From positions 1,859,591 to 1,923,590 of the forward strand of contig OZ244986.1 in NCBI GenBank assembly GCA_965223075.1: a stretch of 64,000 nt of DNA, given 5' to 3'. A model generated the notes under the pieces. The model ran no database searches and had not been told where the DNA came from. It saw nothing but the letters and a program-made list of their open reading frames with translations. The DNA comes from Candidatus Marinacidobacterium sp. (GTDB lineage Bacteria; Acidobacteriota; Vicinamibacteria; Marinacidobacterales; Marinacidobacteraceae). A program made the translations under genes and the position numbers. Every line of letters starts with the position of its first letter. Position 1 is the first letter of the stretch. Below are positions 56,525 through 64,000 of this stretch, one piece after another.

Positions 56525-56860
56525 TCGAGGATTCTATCGGCGTCAGCCCCCCGTCCGGGTCGAGCCCCGTGCCGCCGGAGCGACCAGATTCCGGACCACC
56601 GGCCCAACCAGCGGCGAGAGCGCCGCGGACACGGCCAGCGGGACACGGCCAGCGGGACCCTCCCGCGCGGGCGGCAGCAACCGGACGGCCTACGCCGCCG
56701 GAACGTGAATCAAGGCGTCCACGCCTCCCTACGGCGATGTCGTCCCGCAGAGAACAGTGGATTGCCAAACCCTGCGGTCGGAGGCCGACGCCTGCGGGGA
56801 CTTCGGGTAACGCCCTTCCGCGCCTCCCTGCGTAAACTCGCCCGTTCTGGAGGATCGCTC

Positions 56861-58027
56861 ATGCCCGCGCTCCGCTTTTTCCCACTCGTCGCCGGGGCCG
56901 CACTCGCCACCGCCACGGTGTCCGCCTGCGGCGGCTCGGACGTCGGCGATCCGGAAGGAGACACGTCCGACTCCATGACCGTGTTCGATCAAGCCGTCAG
57001 CCGCTTCGAACAGGCCCCGCTCGCCCACCTCCCGACCCCCTTCGAGGAGATGCCGGCCCTGGCCGCGGAACTCGGTGGCCCGCGCCTCTTCGTCAAGCGC
57101 GACGACCAGACCGGTCTCGCATTCGGCGGAAACAAGGCCCGGAAGCTCGATTTCATCCTGGCCGACGCGGTCGCGAAGGGCAGTGACAGCGTGATCACCT
57201 GGGCGGGAGTGCAGTCCAACTGGGCGCGGATGACCGCCGCCGGTTCGCGGCGTCTCGGCATGGATCCGATCCTGGTCCTCCAGCGCCGGGAGGACCAGTC
57301 CGTCACGCCCGCGGACGGAAACCTGCTGCTGGACCGGATTCTCGGCGCGGACGTCCGCATCATCGAACCGGACGAGGACCGGGAGGCGAAGGTCGCCAAG
57401 ATCGCTACCGCGGAACGTGAGGCCGGTCGAAACCCCTACGTTGTCTCGGTCGGTGGATCGCTTACCGGCGGCGACATGGAGCTGCCACTGGGGTCCGTGG
57501 CCTACGCGAACGGTTTCCGGGAGTTGCTCGGACAGGCTCGCGAAGCAGGCGTGACGATCACCCACGTCGTTCACGCCTCGGGCTCGGGCAGCACCCAGGC
57601 CGGGCTCGTGGTCGGGGCCAAGGCAATCGCCCCCGAGGTGCGGATCATCGGGATCAGCACCGGCGGCGCCAAGGCCGCCGGGGAAGCGAACGTCCTTGCC
57701 ATCGCCCGGGAGACGGTCCAGGCAATGGGACTCGACGTAGAGATCGGGCCCGCTGACGTGGTGGTCCACGACGAGTACGTCGGCGAGGGGTACGGCATCC
57801 TCAACCAGGGAGTCGTGGAAACCATCGCGCTAACCGCGCGCACCGAGGGCATCCTGCTCGATCCGGTCTATACCGGAAAGGCGATGACCGGACTCCTGGA
57901 CCTCGTCAACACCGGACAGTTCAGCGAGACCGACGTGGTCGTCTTCCTGCACACCGGCGGCACCCCGGCGCTGTTCCCGTACCGGGAGGGTTTGCTGGAG
58001 GATCTGCCCTCCCCTACCGACGAATGA
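56861..58027 (+). CDS. PLP-dependent D-cysteine desulfhydrase/ACC deaminase-family enzyme with lipoprotein-type signal
   Basis: FVKRDDQTGLAFGGNKARKLDF (PLP lysine motif), fold-type II PLP enzyme; N-terminal LATATVSACGG signal/lipobox. Confidence 0.75.
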   Translation: MPALRFFPLVAGAALATATVSACGGSDVGDPEGDTSDSMTVFDQAVSRFEQAPLAHLPTPFEEMPALAAELGGPRLFVKRDDQTGLAFGGNKARKLDFILADAVAKGSDSVITWAGVQSNWARMTAAGSRRLGMDPILVLQRREDQSVTPADGNLLLDRILGADVRIIEPDEDREAKVAKIATAEREAGRNPYVVSVGGSLTGGDMELPLGSVAYANGFRELLGQAREAGVTITHVVHASGSGSTQAGLVVGAKAIAPEVRIIGISTGGAKAAGEANVLAIARETVQAMGLDVEIGPADVVVHDEYVGEGYGILNQGVVETIALTARTEGILLDPVYTGKAMTGLLDLVNTGQFSETDVVVFLHTGGTPALFPYREGLLEDLPSPTDE

Positions 58028-58115
58028 CCCGCCGGGAAGGGACCGCCGGTCTTCAGACCGGCATCGCCGCCGCAGGCGGCGCAGGTCGCAACCCGCAGGG
58101 AAGGGACGAAGCAGC

Positions 58116-60131
58116 GTGAGCGATCTGTTCGCCTGGGTCCCCTGGTTTCAGGAACTCGCCCGAAAGATCGCGGAGGGAGGGCCCGGGGAACTCTCGCGGC
58201 GAGCAAAGGAGATTGCTTGGAAGGCAGACGGCACCGAAGCCAACCTGGTGAAGCATGGTGACAAGAACATCGATCCTTTTTCGTTCTTCTACGTCCTAGC
58301 GTCCAAGAACAGTTGGGATTCAGTACGGAAGCGGGTCCACTCTGAGGTTTCCGAGCGGTTCGATCTCGCTACCCAAACGGACTTTGCCAGCGGCTACTAC
58401 TACCCGACACCAAGTCCCCGTACAAAGCTGTTGTTCCACGACGCCGGCGCCGGTCATCCGGACCTGTTCTGGAGCCTGTTCCGCGCCGCGATCCGGGCGC
58501 CAGAAGCCGTAGAGGGTGCGGAGTTTGACGCTGCCCTCGCGATTCCCGGCGTCGGTATGCCCAAGTTGACTGAGACCCTCTTTCTGATCAACCCGACGGC
58601 GTTCCTCCCGTTTGACAACCAAAGCCTGATTCCTCTTCAGAAGAAGCTGAACAGGGGTAATCGCGTCAGCAACTGGGACACCTATCGACAAGAAGCCGAG
58701 GCGATTCAGAAGATGTTTCCGGGATGCGAGCCCTATGAGATCCAACACTTCGCCTATGCAGTCTTCGGAAGGAAGGACCTAGACGTCACGGCGGGCAAGG
58801 TCTGGCGGAGTAGTACGTACGTGGACGGATACCCCGGAGATGACTACTGGAGCGAATACCGTGAAAACGGATGGATCTACCATCGAGGACGGGGCAGAGG
58901 AGAGAAACGGCCGCTCGATAAACCGTCCCGGGGCGACCTGGTGCTCGTGCATGCCGGGACGACGCTAGGCCACGGGATCGGGGTCGTTGATCGCAACACT
59001 CACAAGGAGAACTGGGCACCTGAACAGCGCCTACATGTGCTCTGGCTCAATACGGCGGAGGCGGAAATCTCCGGTAGCCGCCAGCCCTTGGCATTCTCAT
59101 CAGCCAAAACGACGCTCGATGCGTTTCGAGGTGCTCAGGCATACGCGCCGACTTTCGACCTGCTCAAACGACTCGGATGGAAGGATGACTCTGGCAAGGA
59201 CAACCCGGTTCCTCCATCACCTCTAGAAACCCTCGCCGAGAAGACCCTGATCGGCAAGCGCGATCTGCGCGAGATCATCGGGCTGCTCGATGACAAGAAG
59301 CAGATCATCTTCCAGGGGCCACCCGGCACCGGCAAGACCTATCTCGCCAGGGAGTTGACGAAGTGCCTCGCTGGAAGTAATGAAGGGCGTGTGCGGCTCG
59401 TGCAGTTCCACCCGTCCTACTCCTACGAGGATTTCATACAGGGGTATCGACCAACGCTCAAGGACGGACAGGCCGGCTTCGAGCTGCGTGACGGCCCGCT
59501 TCTGGAGATGGCCGAGCTCGCACGGAAGTCTGACGAGAAACACTTCCTCGTCATTGACGAGATCAACCGCGGCAATCTCTCCAAGATCCTCGGCGAACTG
59601 TACTTCTTGCTGGAGTACCGGGACGAGGATATCCGGCTTCAGTACGCGAAGAAGAACAAGCTGTTCTTCCTGCCGCCGAACCTCTACATCATCGGCACCA
59701 TGAACACTGCGGATCGGTCCATCGCGCTGGTGGACCTCGCCCTGCGCCGGCGGTTCCACTTTGTGGAGTTCCACCCGGACAAGTCGCCCATCGAGGGACT
59801 TCTCGGGCGCTGGCTCGACCGCCATGCTCCCAAAATGCGCTGGGTGGAGCAGGTCGTCGCAAAGGCGAACCAGAAACTCGACGACCGGCATGCTGCCATC
59901 GGCCCGAGCTACTTCATGCGCGAGGGATTGAATGACGCCATGGTCCAGATGATCTGGGAGCACAACGTCCTGCCGTACGTTGAGGAGCGCCTCTTCGGGC
60001 AGGAGGACAGATTGGCCGAATTCGGTCTCGGCCGGATCCGGAAGGAGGCCCAGGGACAGCCCCCACCGCCGGAAGGCGACGCGGCCGATGGTGCCTCCGG
60101 AACGGACGAGCCCGACCATGGCGCCGATTGA
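58116..60131 (+). CDS. mcrB: McrB-family GTPase (type IV restriction) with ~390-aa N-terminal extension
   Basis: IIFQGPPGTGKTY, FLVIDEINRGN, IIGTMNTADRS, DLALRRRFHF motifs; N-terminal region with a PUA/EVE-like segment (GDLVLVHAGTTLGHGIGVV...HVLWL). Confidence 0.8.
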   Translation: MSDLFAWVPWFQELARKIAEGGPGELSRRAKEIAWKADGTEANLVKHGDKNIDPFSFFYVLASKNSWDSVRKRVHSEVSERFDLATQTDFASGYYYPTPSPRTKLLFHDAGAGHPDLFWSLFRAAIRAPEAVEGAEFDAALAIPGVGMPKLTETLFLINPTAFLPFDNQSLIPLQKKLNRGNRVSNWDTYRQEAEAIQKMFPGCEPYEIQHFAYAVFGRKDLDVTAGKVWRSSTYVDGYPGDDYWSEYRENGWIYHRGRGRGEKRPLDKPSRGDLVLVHAGTTLGHGIGVVDRNTHKENWAPEQRLHVLWLNTAEAEISGSRQPLAFSSAKTTLDAFRGAQAYAPTFDLLKRLGWKDDSGKDNPVPPSPLETLAEKTLIGKRDLREIIGLLDDKKQIIFQGPPGTGKTYLARELTKCLAGSNEGRVRLVQFHPSYSYEDFIQGYRPTLKDGQAGFELRDGPLLEMAELARKSDEKHFLVIDEINRGNLSKILGELYFLLEYRDEDIRLQYAKKNKLFFLPPNLYIIGTMNTADRSIALVDLALRRRFHFVEFHPDKSPIEGLLGRWLDRHAPKMRWVEQVVAKANQKLDDRHAAIGPSYFMREGLNDAMVQMIWEHNVLPYVEERLFGQEDRLAEFGLGRIRKEAQGQPPPPEGDAADGASGTDEPDHGAD

Positions 60132-61368
60132 CCTGCGGGAGTACCAACCGGCCGACGTTGAACTCACGCCCGCGCAACTCGCGGCGCTCCACGGCCATCG
60201 AGGCGATCTGGGAATCACCATCGAGCCGACGGAAAACGAGACCACCTGGCGTTTGACCCCCGGGTCCATCGTCGGGGCGCTGGACATCGGCAATCTCTCA
60301 GTCGCTATCCAGCCAAAGCTGGACATCGGGCGGGTGCTGTTCCTCGCCTCCTACGCGCTCGGCGAGTTCAGGCTGCGCGACCTCGAACACTTCCACTATC
60401 CGGAGCAAAAGAAACCCTTGGAAACGCTGGTCCGGATGTTCGTCGAGGCAAGTCAGCACGCCCTCTCCCGGGGCCTCCTTCGCGGCTATCGGACCGAGGA
60501 CGAAGCTCTCCACACGGTCCGCGGCCGCATCCGGTTCGCCGACCAGATCCGGCGCCGGTTCGGAGTTCCGCTTCCGGTGGAGATCTGCTACGACGACTTC
60601 ACGGAGGACATCCTGCCGAACCGCCTGGTCAAGGCCGCTGCCCACGCGCTCGGCGTTATGCGGCTCCGCAACCCCGACTCACGCCGCAAGCTGGGCTGGG
60701 TCTGGGCAACCCTTGACAACGTCGGGCTCCGCGCCTTCTCGCCAGGCGCAGTCCCGGAGGTCACCTTCGACCGGCTGACCGAGCACTACCGGGAGGTCGT
60801 CGGTCTCTCGCGCCTCATTCTCCGGCATTCGACGATCGAGACCGGGCGGGGCCCGGTCCGAGCATCGGGTTTCCTGATGGACATGAACCGGGTATTCGAG
60901 GGCTTCGTCCGTCGTGCGCTCCGGGAGGCACTTCGGCTGACCGAGCGGGAGTTCCGCGCGAATGAATCGGTTCCCTTTGAGGAGGCGCGGATCGCGGACA
61001 GGCACTCCTTTCGCCGCCGACGTGGTCTCACGATGGAACCGGACCTGTCTTGGTGGAAGGGAAGAACGTGCGTCTTCGTCGGGGACGCGAAGTACAAGGG
61101 GATCGCACAACACCGGCACGCCCCGAACGCCGACCTCTACCAGCTACTCGCGTACATGACCTCACTCGGTCTGCAGGACGGGGCGCTTGTCTACGCCAAG
61201 GGCGAGGCCGAACCCGTGATCCACCACGTCCGCCACACCGACAGACGGCTTCACGTCGCCGCGCTGGACCTCAGCGGAGATCCCAAGGCCATCTTGGAGC
61301 AGATCAGCGAGTTGGCGGACCGGGTGCGGACCATGGCAGCCAGAGCGCCCGTCGCGCGCGCCGCGTGA
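60118..61368 (+). CDS. mcrC: McrC-family restriction subunit
   Basis: Overlaps mcrB by 14 nt; PD-(D/E)xK-like core (CVFVGDAKYK); length and position typical of McrC. Confidence 0.75.
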   Translation: MAPIDLREYQPADVELTPAQLAALHGHRGDLGITIEPTENETTWRLTPGSIVGALDIGNLSVAIQPKLDIGRVLFLASYALGEFRLRDLEHFHYPEQKKPLETLVRMFVEASQHALSRGLLRGYRTEDEALHTVRGRIRFADQIRRRFGVPLPVEICYDDFTEDILPNRLVKAAAHALGVMRLRNPDSRRKLGWVWATLDNVGLRAFSPGAVPEVTFDRLTEHYREVVGLSRLILRHSTIETGRGPVRASGFLMDMNRVFEGFVRRALREALRLTEREFRANESVPFEEARIADRHSFRRRRGLTMEPDLSWWKGRTCVFVGDAKYKGIAQHRHAPNADLYQLLAYMTSLGLQDGALVYAKGEAEPVIHHVRHTDRRLHVAALDLSGDPKAILEQISELADRVRTMAARAPVARAA

Positions 61369-61449
61369 TCCGGATTCCACATCCGCGGCCCTCGGCCCCT
61401 TGGAAGTCCAAGGTTGCAACCTATCCCGTATCACGTTACACTCAGTCTC

Positions 61450-61728
61450 GTGCTGACACGATTCCGCCATAGCGGTCTGGCGCGCCTATTCAGGGATGGC
61501 GACCGGCGGCGAGTCTCACCGGTTCTGGTTCGGAAACTGGAGCGGGTGATCTTCCTGCTAGACGCAGCAGCAAGCCCAAACGATCTGGCGCTGCCGGGTC
61601 TTGACCTCCACCCACTCAAGGGTGACCGGGCCGGCTACTGGGCGGTCAAGGTTTCCGCGAATTGGCGCGTCGTCTTTCGCTTTGAAGACGGCGATGTCGT
61701 GGACGTGGACCTCGTTGACTACCACTGA
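61450..61728 (+). CDS. higB: HigB-family toxin (RelE/ParE superfamily)
   Basis: GTG start; C-terminus LHPLKGDRAGYWAVKVSANWRVVFRFEDGDVVDVDLVDYH is canonical HigB. Confidence 0.75.
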   Translation: MLTRFRHSGLARLFRDGDRRRVSPVLVRKLERVIFLLDAAASPNDLALPGLDLHPLKGDRAGYWAVKVSANWRVVFRFEDGDVVDVDLVDYH

Positions 61729-61798
61729 TATGACCAACTAGAGACAGCGGGAAATATCCTGCAACGACACATGCCCTGACCAGGCAAAGAGACTGACG

Positions 61799-62110
61799 AT
61801 GATGAAGAACCCTCCCCACCCGGGCACGATCGTCCTCCACGAGTGCATGGAGCCTCTGGGACTGAGCGTCACCGAGGCCGCAGCGAAGCTCGGCATCAGC
61901 CGCAAACAGCTTTCCGCGCTCGTCAACGGCCGTTCCGGGATTTCCGCGGAAATGGCTATCCGGCTCAGCAAGGCGTTCGGAGCGAGCGCCGGCATGTGGG
62001 TTCGGTTGCAGGCCAACTACAACCTGGCCCAAGCGATGGAGCGGGCGGACGAGATCCAGGTGGAACGTCTCTGGCCGGAGTCGCCGGCGGCCGAACCGGT
62101 TCCCGCATAG
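61799..62110 (+). CDS. higA: HigA-family antitoxin (XRE-type HTH)
   Basis: [55 protein letters not shown] is canonical HigA. Confidence 0.8.
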   Translation: MMKNPPHPGTIVLHECMEPLGLSVTEAAAKLGISRKQLSALVNGRSGISAEMAIRLSKAFGASAGMWVRLQANYNLAQAMERADEIQVERLWPESPAAEPVPA

Positions 62111-62118
62111 CCCACTCC

Positions 62119-62225
62119 GCTGCGCCCCGGTGCGCCAGCCCAAGCTGGGGGTGATGACCCGATGCGCCGGCCCGAGCTAGGGGCGATGACCCGGTGCGCC
62201 AGCCCAAGCTAGGAGCCTGCCCCGC
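62119..62225. repeat. tandem repeat, ~3.3 x 32 bp
   Basis: TGCGCC(A/G)GCCC(A/G)AGCT(G/A)GGGG(T/C)GATGACCCG(A/G); shares the CCAAGCTGGG-type core with the 54757-54916 array. Confidence 0.5.
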
Positions 62226-62269
62226 AGGAATTTGGAGGAGGGGGGCGAGATGGGTTCGTGAACGGTCTC

Positions 62270-63805
62270 GAGTTGGGGATCGGGAGTGATTTCGGGGACC
62301 GGGACGGATGGGGAGTGTTCCCGATGGCGCGGGCCGACGGTTTTTGCGGTCTCGGGTGGTGATCGGCGGTCTTGGGGTGTTCCATCAGGTGGTTTTCAAC
62401 GCTCCGATCCGTTTGATGTTCAGCGCCAGGCACACCAGGTTCCACTCGGCCTGCACGTTCGCCAGGCTGCGGAGACTGAAGCGACGAAAGCCCAGCACCT
62501 CCTTGATCCAGCCGTTCGGCGCCTCCGAAAGCCACTTGCGTCTCGCATAGCGGGCCCGGCCCGCCTCCGTCGCCAGCTTCTTCCGCATCCGATCCGTCGC
62601 GGGCCGGGTCTTCGGGTCCACCGCCGCCTGCTTCTTCCCTTCCCGACCCAGCGCCACATGCCCCGCAATGCCCCGCTCTTCCAACGCCCGCAGATCCGCC
62701 TCGTTGCAATACCCCGCATCCGCCAGAACCTCCTCCGGCTTCTCCCCCAAGTGCTCCTCCACCGCCTCCAGGCGTGCGATCAGTTCCCCCTGGTCACTCG
62801 CGCACGCGCTCACCGACGCATCCACCACGATCTGGTGCGCATCATCTACCACCGTCTGCGCGTTGTAGCTCTGCTGGAACCCCTCCGTACTCGTCTTCAT
62901 GATCCGACTCTCCGGGTCCGTGAAGTTGCTCTGCGCCTTCGGCTCCGGCTCCCCATACTCCCGCTTGTAGGGTCTCCCGCCTTTCGCCGGGCGATCCTGC
63001 CCCGGCTCCCGGCCCCGCTCGTCGTCCGCCTGCCGCTGCGCCGCCTCCAACCGCTCCTTCGCCGCCTCGATCGCCGCCAGCCGATCCTCCCGCCGACGCA
63101 ACTCCGCCGGCAACTCGTCCCCCCGCACCTCCTTCCCCAAGCGCCGATCCTCTTCCTCATCCGCCCGCGCCGCCGCCGTCGTCAAGCCCTCGATCTCCTC
63201 CCGTAGCCGCGCCTCCTCCCCAACCAGCCGGTCATAACTCATCGCCTTCCGCTTGCTCGCGTTCGCCCGCACCTTCGTCCCGTCGATCGAAAGCGTCCCG
63301 AAACGGACCAGCCCCATCTCGCGCGCCAGCCGTACCACCTTCACGAACAACCCCTGGAAGCGCCGCAGATGTTGCCGCCGAAACTCGCAGATCGTCCGAT
63401 GGTTGGGAAAGTTCCCCGCCCCAAGCATCCGAAACGCAACGTCCTCCTCCAGCTTCCGCGCCAGCTTCCGGGAAGAAAACACCCCCGTCGCATACCCGTA
63501 GATCAACACCTTCACCATCATCGTCGGCGAATACGGCGCGTTCCGACGACCGTCCCCCGCATACCGAGCGTAAAACGCCGAAAGGTCCAGCTTGGCCACC
63601 ACGTCGCTCACCTGGTGCGCCAGGTGCCCCTCCGGAACCCAGTCGTTCAGCTTCACCGGCATCAGCAGGATCTGATCCGGCTGATACGCCCGAAATCTCG
63701 TCGGCATGCCATGCTCCCCACGCGCGGCCCCTCACAACAGAACCGCTGATAACGGCACACTATATCAAAGACTTACACCAAAATCACCCCCCAATCCGAT
63801 CAACA
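62270..63805 (-). mobile_element. IS1182/IS5-family insertion sequence (boundaries approximate)
   Basis: Imperfect inverted repeats GGGGATCGGGAGTGATTTCGGGG (62275-62297) and, on the opposite strand, GATCGGATTGGGGGGTGATTTTGGTG (63777-63802), flanking a single transposase ORF. Confidence 0.5.
62385..63707 (-). CDS. IS1182/IS5-family DDE transposase (DUF772 N-terminus + DDE_Tnp_1)
   Basis: N-terminal InsH/DUF772-type region (PYSPTMMVKVLIYGYATGVFSSRKLA...FRRQHL), DDE core (TLSIDGTKVRANAS); 440 aa. Confidence 0.8.
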   Translation of the reverse strand: MPTRFRAYQPDQILLMPVKLNDWVPEGHLAHQVSDVVAKLDLSAFYARYAGDGRRNAPYSPTMMVKVLIYGYATGVFSSRKLARKLEEDVAFRMLGAGNFPNHRTICEFRRQHLRRFQGLFVKVVRLAREMGLVRFGTLSIDGTKVRANASKRKAMSYDRLVGEEARLREEIEGLTTAAARADEEEDRRLGKEVRGDELPAELRRREDRLAAIEAAKERLEAAQRQADDERGREPGQDRPAKGGRPYKREYGEPEPKAQSNFTDPESRIMKTSTEGFQQSYNAQTVVDDAHQIVVDASVSACASDQGELIARLEAVEEHLGEKPEEVLADAGYCNEADLRALEERGIAGHVALGREGKKQAAVDPKTRPATDRMRKKLATEAGRARYARRKWLSEAPNGWIKEVLGFRRFSLRSLANVQAEWNLVCLALNIKRIGALKTT

Positions 63806-64000
63806 ACCCACCACCCCTACCGCCAAGCCCGATCTGACCGCGAACAGCTTTCTGCGGCGCAGACTCCTAGGGGCGATAACTCGACCTCGCTGCGAAGAGC
63901 GCTAGCACCGCCAGCCGCGAAGTTCGCTGACGGGACTCGGGCTTCGGGTGGACCAGTTCCCGTTCGTGCGCACCAAAACAGGATTTTTATTCCCATTCTG

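Overview
This is a high-GC (~68-70%) bacterial chromosomal segment; the gene content (CRTAC1-like FG-GAP/ASPIC protein, CarbopepD_reg-type TonB receptor, sulfatase-TPR fusion) points tentatively to a Gemmatimonadota-like organism. Housekeeping and catabolic genes are present: an ALDH7-type dehydrogenase, an M3 peptidase, a MacAB-type ABC efflux operon, a 2-hydroxyacid dehydrogenase/aminotransferase/SSS symporter group, and an atu/liu-like acyl-CoA carboxylase cluster with AtuA/DUF1446. Interleaved with them is an unusually dense set of type II toxin-antitoxin (TA) modules, at least twelve (VapBC, MazEF, FitAB-like, Phd/PIN, HepT/MntA x2, RES/Xre, ParDE x2, HigBA, RHH orphans), several of them visibly decayed by frameshift, nonsense codon or insertion. 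The window also carries a type IV McrBC restriction system with an extended N-terminal domain, a block of uncharacterised genes (42.9-46.8 kb) embedded among the TA genes, and one IS1182/IS5-family insertion sequence. Repeats include a ~185-bp MITE family with 'TA' target-site duplications (4 copies plus a remnant, one apparently truncating a parE gene), clusters of hairpin-forming REP/BIME-like repeats at four intergenic sites, and two unusual 32-33-bp tandem-repeat arrays. Many long ORFs in the supplied track lie antisense to real genes and are high-GC artefacts. No rRNA, tRNA or CRISPR array was found. Several antitoxin and secreted-protein genes appear to begin with CTG or ATT codons. All family assignments come from reading motifs by eye; nothing was computed or searched.
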